Positions 31,967-46,778 of a DNA stretch of 64,000 nucleotides are shown here, piece after piece (position 1 is the stretch's first letter; the number at the start of each line of letters is the position of its first letter). The notes below the pieces were generated by a model. That model was not told the origin of the DNA. It saw only the letters and a program-made list of their open reading frames with translations, and did no database searches. This DNA comes from the human T2T-CHM13v2.0 reference genome, Homo sapiens. The stretch is from the NCBI GenBank assembly GCA_009914755.4, contig CP068257.2:35264001-35328000 (forward strand), written 5' to 3'. The position numbers and the translations under genes were made by a program.

Positions 31967-34562
31967 GAAACTTGAATGTGAACCTTGAAGCTACCACCCA
32001 CTAGCTGTGCCTACTTAGACAAGGCTGTGAGAGGACACTTTCACAAAGAAATAAAGGTTTTATCATGTAAGTGAGCTACTGCTGACCTCACCCCTATCTG
32101 GTTTCTGCAGGAAAGAGGTGTCATATTCACAAGGGTTCTGTAATGGAAGGACTGTGGGCAGAGGTAAGAGAACCCAAGAACAAGGAAGGGGTGCCAAAGC
32201 ACTTGGAACCAGCAAGGGACTGAAGGAGCAAGAGGGGGAGCTGCTAATGGGAAATAATATTAATACCTTGACCTCTCTCAAATCCTGCCCATCAATCTCC
32301 TGCCAGTGCAGCCAGTGATGAGAAACATCCAGAGTTAGGAGCACGGGAGCCCAGGGATGGGCCGACAGGTGAACGGTCCAGGGGCCAGCACATCTGGCTG
32401 GGTGGGCTTGCTGGTTATGCGTCCCCTCTCACATCCAGCCCTGCACAACTCTGACTTAGTCCCAGCAACAACATGAACTTCTACACAGCCTGATCTAGCG
32501 ATGAGCCCAAATCGATTCAGCAACTCCAAAGGACTTAGGATTGATGTCATTGGCTATCTAACCCCCAGGAATATGAGTTCCTCCAGGGCTGAACTTGCCA
32601 CAGGGCTTTCTAGATCCCCAATGCCTGGGACACAGTAGGCACTCAATAAATGTCTGTTAAGCGGTCTTCCTTTTATAATGTAAAGTGATAGCTCAGGCTC
32701 AGACGCTGAAAGGCCCAGGATTTACTGCATTTTTTTGTTACCTGCCAACTAGCGAAGACCACAAAAGGCTTGAGTAGAACAGTAAAAGCAGGGAGTGAAT
32801 AAGTCATTTCTAATAAGGCTGGTTTTATAGGCATCACACCTCCACCAAGCCAAACAGGCTCACTGTAGAAGCGGAATCTATTCTGCAAGTGCAGAGACCA
32901 AAGAGAAAGCCAGGGTTGGCTCTAACGGCGAGGGCGGCTCTATGGGGCAGCTCAGCCACTGCCTCCACAATGAGAGACGCGAACTTCCACTCACTGGTCT
33001 CGTGGGTGCGGGACCGACACCCACAGGAGTCTCTGGGGCCTTCATTAAGCCTGCCCAAGGAAAACGCCCGCCATTTGTCTCAGCCCAACACAAACAGGCT
33101 TCTGACAGAGCAGGCAGCGTGGGGGTGGAGGGCATGGAAAACGCTGGGGCTGAGCCCTGGGGGCCCATAGGCAGCCCTGCCTGGTGCACCCAGAGGTGCC
33201 CATCCTAGCCGACATGCACACCAACGTGACCATTCACACGTTCCCTTCCTTCTGATGCTGACATGTCCCCCCGCCCCACCATCCTCAGCTATTTGCCTGT
33301 TACCTGCCAGCCCCACCTGGGCTTCTTGTGGGGGCAGGGGACTCTGGCATGGGATCCTGCCCTCAGCTCTGCCACCATCAGCTGTGAGGCCGCAAGAGGC
33401 ACTCCCTGGGCTGACCGCAGCTTCTTCATTTTTCTAACGAGAAAACGAGAACATCTCTCTCTGGTAAAACGGAGCTTCAAGATTCAATGTTTAGCCTCCA
33501 CTGTTTAATTCTCAGTTGAAATTTTAACATCATGTTATGTTAAAATATATGTTACCTGGAAAGAGAGAAGCGGCCCCATATCAAGAGGCCAAGAGCTTTC
33601 TGCTCCAGGACCTTATCTTAGCAAAGGTTCACTGGTCCAACTGGCTGTCACCATGACACTTGGGAACATTCAGAGAATCCCAGGGAATAACACCTGGCCA
33701 GGCCTGGCAGGAGAGAGGGGAGCGGCGTCCAACACTGCCCTACGTGTGCAAGGAGAGGGCGGGTCTAACCCCACACACTCAAGGCCACGGTCTAAGAAGC
33801 TCCGGCTCAGAAGGTGCATTCGTTCATAGGAGAAAAGCAGAGTTTCTACTGAAAAGTGTTTTTAATAACACACAAAACAATTCCAACTTTTCCCTGAAAC
33901 TCCATCTGGCCAGTTTCCTCCGGCATGCCCACAGCTGATTCTTCTAGAAACTGTTTAACATGATTGTTAAGAATAACCTAACAACCTGTTAGGTTATTTA
34001 TCCTGCTTTCCCAGAATACAGAGCTGGACTGTGCGGGCAGCCGCTCGGGCAGAGAGGGCTGTGCACTGCCGGCCTGTCCCTGGGGTCTCTGGGGGCTCTC
34101 GGTGCACAGGAGCCAAGGAAGCAGCTCCCAATCCATTAGGGGGAAAAACCAAAACACTTTGCAAGTGTCCAAATAAAATGTGCTTACTAAATGTCTACTA
34201 TAAGCAAAATACTGGGAAAGGGATACAAAGATTAACAACATATGGTCCTTGCTTTCAAATCAGCTTGCATGACAGTTTAATGGGGAAAACAGATATTTAT
34301 ACAAATAATACAACAATAGCACTTATACAAACCACCTAAAAAAAATCTTATGGAAGTGACTAGATCTAAGGTTCCAAGTCACGATACTTGGGTTAGGAAA
34401 TTGCAAGAAAAAATTCAAATCCTATACCCGTGACACGATCATCAGTGGAATTTTCCTAGATCAGAGGGGTAGAATCCCTTTGTTGAGTATAAAAGATCAA
34501 CTATCTGTCCTCATAGCATCCGGCTGTAAGATTTTTTTATGTTCTGTAATTTAAGACTTTTC

Positions 34563-34867
34563 TTTTAAGAGATAGGGTCTTGCTTGCTCAACATGTTCCT
34601 CAGGCTGGAGTGCAGTGGCGCGATCACAAACTCAACTCCCGGGCTCAAGAGAACCTCTCATCTCAGCCTCCCAAGTAGCTGGGATTATAGGTGCACACCA
34701 TCATGCCTAGCTAATTTTTTTTTTTTTTTTTTTTTTTTTTTATCTTTTGTAGAGGTGGAGTCTCGCTGTGTTGCCCAACCTGGTCTTCAACACCTGGACT
34801 CAAGCGATCCTCCCACCTCAGCCTCCCGAAGTGCTGAGATTACGGGCATGAGCCGCTGCACCTGACC
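34563..34867 (-). mobile_element. Alu, reverse, with ~33-nt poly-T in the linker
   Basis: ttttaagagatagggtcttgcttgctcaacatgttcctcaggctggagtgcagtggcgcgatcacaaactcaactcccgggctcaagagaacc...gctaa(t)33atcttttgtagaggtggagtctcgctgtgttgcccaacctggtcttcaacacctggactcaagcgatcctcccacctcagcctcccgaagtgctgagattacgggcatgagccgctgcacctgacc. Confidence 0.9.
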
Positions 34868-37800
34868 AATTTAAAACTTAAAATCTTACTACTCTAAGAA
34901 CTTTATACACATGTGCTTTATAAATGCTGGTTCATATGAAGATGGAATATCCCCCTCAACCCTGTAGGGTGATACACAGCCATACGGAACCATCACAAAC
35001 TAGTAGGCTACTGCTTTTACTTCAAATAAAACAAATACTCCCCGGGCCAAGTAGAAACTAGAGCCGTTCTCCTGGAAGCAAAGATGTCAAAGCCTCTCAC
35101 TCTTAGAAACAACCCACAATAGGGTCTGGGCTTTGTGGTTTACTTAAAGGAAGTAACATTTGCATCTTCAAAACAAAAACAAAAGGCCCTCTTTATCAGG
35201 AAAATGTGGCAAAAGGTTCACCAGTGGTAAATCTGGGTGAAGGCTCCACAGGGCTTATAGGGTTGGTGTATGACTCTTTTACCTTTTCTTCAGTTCCAAT
35301 TTTTTTTAACAAAAAATTGGGGGAGAAATAAAGGATTTTCCCCAGAAGCTTGAAAGGCCCTGCCAGCTCCTACATGATCTGTAGATTTTTGTTCTGCTGT
35401 TAATCGTGGAATCATCAAAGAAACAGCCTTCATAAAGAATCAAAAAGCAAAACAGCAATGAAGAACACCTTTTAGCTTTTGATCTGAACAAGCCTTCATG
35501 CTGCCTTTGCCGGGGAAGGGCTGCTGAACCATTCTGAGGCAAGAACACCTCCCTGAAAAACCACAGATTTCCATCCTCATGGAGCCATCCCTCCACAGAC
35601 CCAGATCTTGTACAGCCCAAATGCAGGGCGCACTTTCCCCGAGTACAAACCCCAGTGCGTTTCATGAAGCTGTTCAGTATATGCAGAATCAGTGCATTAA
35701 TAACAGCTTATTGGCACCGAATGAAAAACACACAAGTCTTAATCTTAGGTCTTGAATTTTGTCCAGTTCCTACGTCATACCTGGCTGTAAGGGCTACAGC
35801 CGTAAGCATGCTTGGTGACTGGAGGCTGTGTAGTGAGACCTGAGTTTTGAAACCAGGATTGGTAGCTTAACAAAATTTACTGGTTGTAGAAAAAGTAAAC
35901 TTGCCTCCGGGGAGGTGAGCTCAGCCTCACCATTCTGACAGCAGCCTCTGGTGGCCAGTTTAGTAAAAAGTGTTGGCTCTCATGCTGAAAGCTCGGACCT
36001 TCCCTTCTTAATGAAGGTCGCTGCAAGCAGACAGGCCATTCTAGGTAACAGCTGGAGGTGACTGGGGAAGCTGCAGAAATCCAAACGAAGGTGTGACTTT
36101 GGACCACGTAAATCACCAAGTCATTGGATGATCTGTCTCTTGCATTAAAAAAAAAAAAAAATGAAGTACTCTCTTTCAAAAGTAGAAAAATAAATAAAGA
36201 GAACTGTTTTAAAAGGGCTCAAGTCACAAGGCAGATAATACATACTCAGTTTGAAAGTAATCTCATTCCTTACTTGCATAGAAAGCCTTTAAATATTCAA
36301 GGAGCACAGATTCCTGAACAAAATAAAGCCCAGCCTGTCTGCTTTCTTACATAGCACCCCATGGTACACTAACTCCTATGTACTGAGTGCCGGAAATTCT
36401 TCCTGCAAAGTAAGGAATTGCTCCATATGGCAGAAACTTCTAGAAAATGCTGCAACCATTCATTCAGAGAACAAAATTAAATATTCAGGATTGTAGGTGA
36501 GGCCTGATTTCTAGTGCCACAGATTCACACCATTTCACTGGATATAAATAGAGGAATGATCAGAGGCTGACAGTTGGCTTCAAAGGCAGAGAGGGTAAGA
36601 AGGAGACGCCATCAGCTTCAAGCCAACTTCTTCGTAAGGTGCACTCTGTCCTCAGCTGTCAGAGAACAATCTGGAAACAATCTGCTGAGCAGCTGCTCTC
36701 ATCAACAAACTGTTTATTGTAAGAAAGTGGCTGGGTCAAAGGCTAAACATCAACCCGAGCTGAAAGCATACAGAACAAAAATCAATACCGTCCCTGCTAA
36801 AGAGACCCAGGACTTAGCATGCAGAAAAGAGAGGGTGAGGAACTCATGTTTAGTTCTGAAAGAGTAAGAGTTGGAACAAAACCCCCATATTTCAACATTC
36901 AGGGTTCTTCTGCATATTATTCCAATTGGCGACTTGCTGCTATTTGCAGAATGGCCTTGTAATGGGGGCTAAAATGTGGCATTCAACAAGGACACAGAAA
37001 TCAACTTTGCCCTAAAAGTTACAGGGGTTAACATCAGTTGTTTCTCTCTCACATTTGTTTTGCAACAGGACCAACGTGCTCATCATACACATGTGCTTAT
37101 TATACACAATGCACAGATACTACAGTCCATCTTTAAATATGTCTAATTGGAAACTGGAAGGCTGACTGGACATGAGATTATATGAAGAGATTGTTTCATT
37201 TTAGGTATGACGGTGGAATTGTGATTATGTTTTTAAACAGAGCTCGCATCTTTCAGAGACACATACTAAAATATTTGCAGATGAGAAAACTGAAACAGTA
37301 TCTGGGAATTCCTTCCAAATAATACTGGCAGAGAAGTGGGTAGAAAGAAGTGAAATAAGATTGGCCATAAATGGATAACTGTGAAAGAGAGTGATGAGTA
37401 CAGAAGAATTCACTCATTATTTATATTTACTTTTGCATATTTGAAATTTTCTATGAAATGTTTGCTTTTACTTGTGTGTAAAGTTCAACAGTTACTTTGA
37501 AAGAAAAAAAGTTTTCTTAAATATAAGAGAAGTATTAACCTACCGAGGCAAATTAATTAAGTCATATGCCATGGTATTGCTAGGTATCCAATTTAACGTT
37601 TTTGAGCAATGTCCGAGATATGGTTGTTATGTCCTGAGTTGAACGATGGAGAAGTAGAAAGAGATGCTCAAAGTGTTCCCACTGCATACGTGCTCCAGCA
37701 AGCCAGAATGTGACACAGAAACAGATAAGACGGTTTCCCATGGTTTAATTGCAGTATGGGGCAAGAGGACATACGTGAGATGCTAGGAAAACCCAACTGT

Positions 37801-38246
37801 CATAAATAATGGGGACCAAATTGTTAAAAGACAAGTTAGCACACAAATTTTGAAAACACAATTTCTTTGTAAATTTGAGGCTGCTATATAGTGTATTGAT
37901 AATTCTTAAATTAACAGTAAAATTAGAGAATTAGCCTGAAATAAATAAAAATAAAGCAGATAGCAAAACATTATTTCATTGTGCTGAAATTAACTGTGAA
38001 GATGTATCTATGATTTTAACTTGTTCCAATATAAAGATGAAAATGGTAATAATCACAAATTCTTAGAAAAGAATGCATTCAAAGGAACTGCTTAAAAAGT
38101 TAAAAAAAATTTTTTTTAGTCTACTTGCTTTGCCAAGACCAGCATAAATACTGCAGAGAGTCCTGCAAAGGATGAGAAAGGTCATCTTGTCTACCCTCCC
38201 TCCCAACAGAACAGAGAAGGGTTTGGTCATGAGAATTTGGTGACGC

Positions 38247-38552
38247 ACCAGGCACGGTAGCTCATACCTGTGAGGCCAAGTACTTTGGGAAGCTGAGGCG
38301 GAAGAATTGTCTGAGCCCAGAAATTTGAGACCAGTTTGGGCAAAAAGTAAGACTCCATCTCTACAAAACACAAAAGTAAAATAGCCAGGTATGGCGATAT
38401 GTGCCTGTAGTCCCCGCTGCTTGGGAGGCTGAGGTGGGAGATTACCTGAGCTCAGGAGTTCAAGGCTGCAGTGAGCCATGATCATGCCACTGCACTCCAA
38501 CCTGAGTGACAGAACGAGACCCTGTCTCAAGAAAAAAGAAAAAAAAAAAAAG
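38247..38552 (+). mobile_element. Alu (AluJ-like, diverged)
   Basis: caccaggcacggtagctcatacctgtgaggccaagtactttgggaagctgaggcggaagaattgtctgagcccagaaatttgagaccagtttgggcaaaaagtaagactccatctctacaaaacacaaaagtaaaatagccaggtatggcgatatgtgcctgtagtccc...gagaccctgtctcaagaaaaaagaaaaaaaaaaaaag. Confidence 0.85.
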
Positions 38553-39360
38553 ACACCCACCCTAGTGGGAAGGTGGGGCAGAGATGGGAATGGTTAATGG
38601 ATGCAAAAAATAAAAATAAATAAAAAGAACGAATAAGACCTAGTATTTGATAGCACAACAGGGTGACTACAGTTAATAATAATTTAACTGTACATGCTCA
38701 AATAACTAAAATAATATAATTTGTTTGTAATATAAAGGATAAATGCTTGAGAAGATAGGTACCCCATTTTATATGATGTGATTATTATGCACAGCACGCC
38801 TGTATCAAAGCATCTCATGCATCCCATAAATGTATACACCTACTATGTACCTATTAAATTAAAATTAAAAAAAATTTTTAAAGCCGTCTACCAAGAAAAA
38901 CTCATTTGGCCAATCTGAGACACTACACCTAACCCCAACATCACAGAAGGAAAAAATACACAGAGCAAAACCTTCAAAATTATAGACCTTTGACCTTTAA
39001 AGCATTTTATTAACTAAAAAGCTACAGAAAAACTTAAATCCTGAAATGCATCAAGGTTGCCTATGAAAAGTAATCTAGACAATCCTAGGCAGAGTCTGGC
39101 TATCCCCCCACCCCCAAATTAACCATCATTTTTTAATTTATGAAACTACTGTTTGATGTTTCTTTTAAAAGGTGTATTTTCTTATTTACGGAAATTAAAA
39201 ACAGGAAGAGGGATCAGTGGTGCCATCATTCAATCACTCTTCAGTGAACTACTCTACGTAGGATTCATTTTTGTTCAGAGAAGAGAGCAACTTACCAAAT
39301 GTTTACCTAGGGCATACAAAAGCAAACTCAGTAAGTTTTCTGAGAAGAATATTCACTTTC

Positions 39361-39724
<364 letters not shown>

Positions 39725-42460
39725 TTAAACTAAAAGTTTTTATAGACCAGTGGCTCAGGAAAGCCTCATGGTGGGTGAAACTGACAATGGTCCTATGATA
39801 CGCATGTTCAGGACCCAGCGATCTAGCTGACTGCTGATGGGCAACGCTGTTCTCCTTTCGCTCACACCTAGAATCTGAATCTCAGCCTCGGAGGCGCAGC
39901 AGCACAGTGCCAAAGCAGCCCTCCTCTTCACCCAGAGCCCCTGTCCCCTGCACTCAGACACACATGCCAGAGACCCACCAGAGACACAAACACCTACACA
40001 ACAAAATTGTGCTGTGAACCTCGTGTCAAGGGAAAGTGCATTTCCCTTTTACCAGAAATCTCCAGACCCGCTACTCTAAGTCTTCTCTCACTCTCTGGGA
40101 GAAATGACCACTCCACAAAGGCACGTTCTATCTCAGCAATCTTAAGTTTTTCTGTAGTTCTGGTTAAAACAGACATATGCACTTAAATAAATAAATATAT
40201 AAATGTATATGCATATATATTATCATAATATGTATTCATATGGTTGAAATTTTAAAAACTCAAATACCCTTAAAAGTATCGATTAAAAGACTCTGTTTTT
40301 TTAAATTAAAGCCACGTTCCTCAATTCACGAAATAAAATTTGAGTTATAGAATTTTTTTGTAAAGGACAGTAGCTCCAATGATCAATGAGAATTGAAATC
40401 ATAGTCTTTAACTCCAATATCTCCTTTTTAGAAAAAAATATTTATTTTAATTGACAAGTAAAAAGTATGTACATTTCTGGTATACCACATGATGCTTTGA
40501 TATATGTGTATGTTACGGAACAGAAACTCCAATATTCCTTCCACTGATTCTATTATTAAACCAAAGCCTAAAAACATTTTAAGAAAGAAAAGACCCACGA
40601 CACCAGCAGAGGGATAATGTAGAATTGTACTGGAAACATGGTAGTACCTGGATAGCTGTGTGGCCAAACTCGGCATGCTGTACCTGGGGAGACGCAGCCA
40701 TACACAGGCAGCTACAACAAAACAAACAAATTAGGAAGATCTCTCAGAAAAAAGGAGTCTTCCCTTCTTATCTCCAGGAGAAAGTGCCTGAGGGACCGAC
40801 AGACGGACTAACCTTGGCTGAGTCTTCCTGCTTTCACGAGGAAGCCCGCAAAATCCTCCTGGTGCTGCCCAGCATCGGCCGAGCTCCAGCACAGGAGCGC
40901 TCTCCTTGCACCCCAAGTTGTTTCTCCCCTTACCACTCAGGTGGGGGAAATGGGGGATTAAACACCACTCAGGTCCACAAACTGCCTGTCAGTTTTGAAA
41001 CCCCCGAAACACTATAAACATTTTTCCAAGACAGTCAGTGCAAATCTCCAGGCGGCATTCTCAAATCATTAGCATGCATGGAAACAAAATGTGCTCCCCA
41101 GCTATAATTCACATCCCAAGAACTGAAGGAGAACATTTATCAAATGGGATTCGGGTCTCAGACCCCGACATTCCTGAGCTGACACCACCAGCTCCGCGGC
41201 CCGGGAGCGCCAGACTCAACGGTTCCGTCATCGCCGGGCGCCCCACCGCCGCACCCACCGCCAGCTCTGGTCCTTGGCCCTGCACCTGACCACAGGAGCC
41301 CTTTGATCATGCTCTCTAACCCGGCACCAGTATGGGCTTATTCCTGGGATGTGTTTTTTGAACTGGGAGACAAAAATCCGCGTGTGAGAATGTTCTAAGC
41401 CCTTCTGGAGACAGCCTCCACCGACTTCCCTGGGAGGTGAGGCCAGAATCCATACCCGCTCACACATGGCAGCTATTAGGAAGCCCGGGTAGGAGACAAA
41501 AAGCATGTGGTCTTGGAGGATTTTTTTTATTCCAAAAGAGGCCGTTTCCCATCCACAAGTTTGTGACTGCATAAACGGTGGATATAAATAGACGGAGGAA
41601 AGAAAACCACGCTTCTTAGACGGGATGCTATCCCAAGAAGGAAAGTGCTGAGCGGGAATGTTCCCTCGGCCTCAGAGACCTTATCACCCCTTCACCAGGC
41701 CAGACAGCAAAGACCGCAACGCACAGAAGCCAGAATCATCACAAAACTAATTAAACGTGGAAAACAACAAAAGCGTTTGTGCAGATTTCCCACAAGCACA
41801 CATCTCTGCCCCGGGTATTTACTCTGCAGGCGCTGCTTTGAGGCACACTTGTGGAAACAAGATTCAAGTAAAAAGACAGGACACACAGTAGCTGAAAAGC
41901 CTTCTTCCCACAAAAATAAAACATTCTAAAGGGAGCACAGGAAAACCCCCCAAGTATGATTTCTTTTGCAATTCAACATCAAAACCCATCATGTCACCTT
42001 TTGCCATGGGTATTATGTTTGATAACAGGAAGTCAGTCAAAATGAACAAAAAATTTCCAGCGTAGGTGAAGGGCGAAGGAAGAAAGAAACGAGAGAAAGA
42101 GGTATATGAAAGACCCTTAAAAGCATTCATAGCTATAAAAGCTTTTAAATGTTTGCTTTAATCTGCTAGCTGCCTTTAGCCGGTGCCGTATTGTAAAACA
42201 GCCGCACAAGACCACAGCAGCCACATGTCAAAAGCTATTCAAGGTGCACCTGGAATTCTGACTTCCTCTCTAATTTGGATCTCTAAAAATTATTTTTAAG
42301 CTGTATTTTAAAGTTATGCCCAAAGCTTCGCCCTATCTATACATTCGAGACTCAGAACTAGGATTAAAAATAGGAGAAGGGGAGGACTCCACATCAAGTA
42401 CTATGTTAAAAAATGGCAGGCAAAGATTTTTTTTAGTGGAGAATTCTAATTAACTCATTA

Positions 42461-42775
<315 letters not shown>

Positions 42776-43671
42776 ACGAAAAATACATAAGCCTCTTCAC
42801 TGTCCTGTACGCCAGCTTCCTCTCCCGGGGGCAAGGACTCCTTCCCCGCCCTGCCCTACTTATCAGGGTCACTATGAGACCCAAATGAGATGGCGACACA
42901 GGTAAAAAAGCTTGGTTAACTAGAACGCATGCCACAAAGACGAGGAATTATCCCTCGTTTTCCAGAAACTTCTGCAGCAAGGGCTTGTACTTAGTAGGCA
43001 CACAGATGTTTGCTACATGAAGGGGCCAGTTAGAGAAGGAGGAACAACTGTGTGGTATGTATGACTGAGTCTAAGTTTCTTCATAAAGCTATCAACGTCT
43101 GAAAAGCAGCTCCATCTCAGTATGTTCATGTATATCAAATCATCATGCTGCATACCTTAAATATATACAATTTAAAAAAAAGTAACATAAAGGACTTCCC
43201 GGAGTAGAAGGGCCTGTACCCGTTTTTTGATATGTTTACAAGTATCTAAACTATCCTTACCAACAAAACCTGCTTTTTATGGGGGGAAAAAGTTTCACAG
43301 TAAAAATTTGGGGTTAAATCAAAATGAAATGTCATAACTAGTTTCTGTTTTTAAGTACGTATTACCCATTCCATAACTCCCCACTACCAAAATCACACAA
43401 ACACACCTCATGGTGATTTTGCCCGATCATTTCAGTAACAAACCCAGTTGTCACTTCTTGTGACAGCTACATCTTGATCCCAGCTGGACACAGGACCCCT
43501 GCTAAGAGTCCAGCCGGCTTGTGTTTCTCAGGTCACCTACACACTGTTAGCCACCGTTGGCCACGATGAACACCCACAAGGTTCCCAAGCTTTTTCATTT
43601 TGGAAAAATTCTTGTGCTCCCCAGATCCTAAGCAGATGTCCCAGGCTACGGGAGCAATGCACAAGCTCTCT

Positions 43672-43763
43672 AGTTCCCCAAGGTAAAGGTGCCGACCTTC
43701 CTGGGGGCAGCACGTCCAGTTCCCCAAGGTAAAGGTGCCGACCTTCCTAGGGGTGGCACATCC
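43672..43763. repeat. 46-bp tandem duplication, 2 copies
   Basis: agttccccaaggtaaaggtgccgaccttcctgggggcagcacgtcc / agttccccaaggtaaaggtgccgaccttcctaggggtggcacatcc. Confidence 0.9.
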
Positions 43764-44858
43764 CACCTTCTTCTGCTTCCTCTGGACTCACTGGGGGGAC
43801 CAAAAGGGGTCCACTGGCAGGCAACTCTGCAGGGGTGGAGGGTGGGGGGCTGGCTCTGCCCCACACACAGATTCAGGTCCCAGCCGGTCCTAACCCGCCA
43901 GCTGCCCCTCCCAGTGAGACCCTGCAGAGCGTGGCAGCCTGTGCTTTCTTTCTGCCATTGCTCTGGCAGAGATAAAAAGGAAAATGGAACCCAGAGAAAC
44001 AGAAACAAGGCAGCTAGCTTCTCAACTGGGAAAGAATTACATTTTCTCTAGAACATCAGATTCGATAGAAAATAAAATCTATTAAAATGTTTCTATAAAA
44101 TATAAAAGAATTATGTTTTTTCTGGTGTTCTGTAAGGGAAAGGATTATGTTTCTTCTATAAAATCAGTGTTTCTCAAAAACATTCATGTCCCAGCACAGT
44201 AAAGATGTATTGCTGCTGACTGCCTGTCACCCACTGGTGGCGGGAAGATGTGGTGGCCACCAGGTGATCGCACCCAGGACACCCCACAGTGAGCCATGTG
44301 GTGTATCAGTCTCTCACCCACCAACATCTGCAGAGAGGAAGCCATGGAGAGGTCCCCATATATATGGTCTTGGAGAAACAGTTCAAAGGGCTCTGCCAAG
44401 AAACTGGAACATCCAAGCAGGGGTAGGGCACCCAGGGGTACCTTCCACCCACAGAAGCAAAGGGACAGCTTCAGCTCGGAGGCCCCCACACACCAACTCA
44501 GAGCTCACAGTTAACCCTGGAAGTCACAGCTGCCACAGGCCATGAACAAGAGTCACGTGTTTTACTATCAGAGCGAACCCTTTCTAAATAATATGTCAAA
44601 TATTAATATTAACCAAAGTATCAACACCTATGAGATTCCCTGCCTTTTAACATTCAAGTGTGACCATGTGTGAGATGCCTTCAAAGTCCAATGACACGCA
44701 GTCATTTGTTTTTAGTTTTTAATAACTAATTTGGCTCATTATAAAATAACTCATAACAAATAACCAATTTGGCTCATTATAAAATAACTAATAACTAATT
44801 TGGCTTATTATATATATAATCATTATAGAAAATTTGGAAAATACAGAGAAAGTTTTAA

Positions 44859-45305
<447 letters not shown>

Positions 45306-46488
45306 TAACTTTTTGTCATTTTGCTGAGACCCAAATTTCAATCCTGCTCCTGGGAGGTTCAATTAAACGTGAAAGCCTTGGTCGGAGGAAGCCCAGCTCA
45401 GCCGCCCACAGCCTGCATCTCAGCCAAGCCCTGCTTCCTCTTGGTATCGTGCACAGTGACACTGATGGAGCCACACATGACTGGGTTTTATAGTGGGAAT
45501 CACACGCTACCATGGTGTCTGGGTGTCGATGAAGGTCTCCGAGCACATCCTTCCCAAATGCCAAGGGCTGACCGTCGCTGAGGCGAGTGTTTTTTCTCTT
45601 TGGGTCTTGCTACTATTCTTTCCAGTTATATCACAGTAACGGAGAAGCACATAAATCTTCTGCGCTATTCGTCATAAAGAGCAAGTGTCAAGGCACCAAA
45701 CTGTGTAAACACAGCTGGTACGCAGTAAAACTATTTAGATAACTAGCATATTTATTTTGTTCTTTCATATCCCATACTATAATAGTACCTAGGACACAGT
45801 AAACGTTGAATGAAAGATGAATATTATTAACTGGGACATTGAAATAATTTCTGCAGACCCAAAAGAAAGTGCCACCAATATAATGGAAAACTATAAAATT
45901 ATACTATGTGAAACTGATATAGACAGAAAAAAATTAAATCTCTGAAGAACAACTTTATAGTTCTAGGGTCCTGTATGCGAGGCAGCCTAGCTCAGCAGCG
46001 ACACCCTGTGGTGAGAGATCTTTGACTCCCAGCAACAGAGTGTCTTGCAGGGCACAGGAAGCAGAAAGCCAGCCCAGGCATCCAATCCCTAAGGCAGGCG
46101 ATGAGCCAAATGGACGGGCAGGATTTAGCAGATGACTGGGTGCCAAGATCCTCTCCATGGAACTTAATTCCGTGAGGATGACTGAGATCTGTTAAGTAGG
46201 GATGCCAGAAAGAAAACCAAATACAAAGCACAAACCCAATTCCATTCCCAGTCTCTGTGGTCCAGATCTATAAATACTGACCCATAGCACAGTGACTAGA
46301 TGCAGGAGGAATTCAGCTGCCTCCGGAAAGACCACCTCAGGCAGTGCATATCCACCTTCAAATTCATTTGCACTATAATCCTTTAGAGAACTTGTATTCC
46401 AAGAAAACATCATATAAAACCTTGACTTCTGCCATTTCCTTCTACAGCAGATTCAAGGACACCTAAGCAGAGTTAATAAACATTAAGA

Positions 46489-46778
<290 letters not shown>

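Noticed and set aside
32834-33508. Cluster of about 10 overlapping ORFs on both strands
   Set aside because: Stop-codon depletion from high GC content. Mutually overlapping frames cannot all be coding, and none has homology recognisable by eye.
38063-38560. 165-aa minus-strand ORF
   Set aside because: Reverse-frame translation of Alu 38247-38552 plus flanking A/T-rich DNA.
40625-41017. 130-aa plus-strand ORF next to the CpG-rich block
   Set aside because: No recognisable similarity or start context. Kept only as context for the CpG-block finding.
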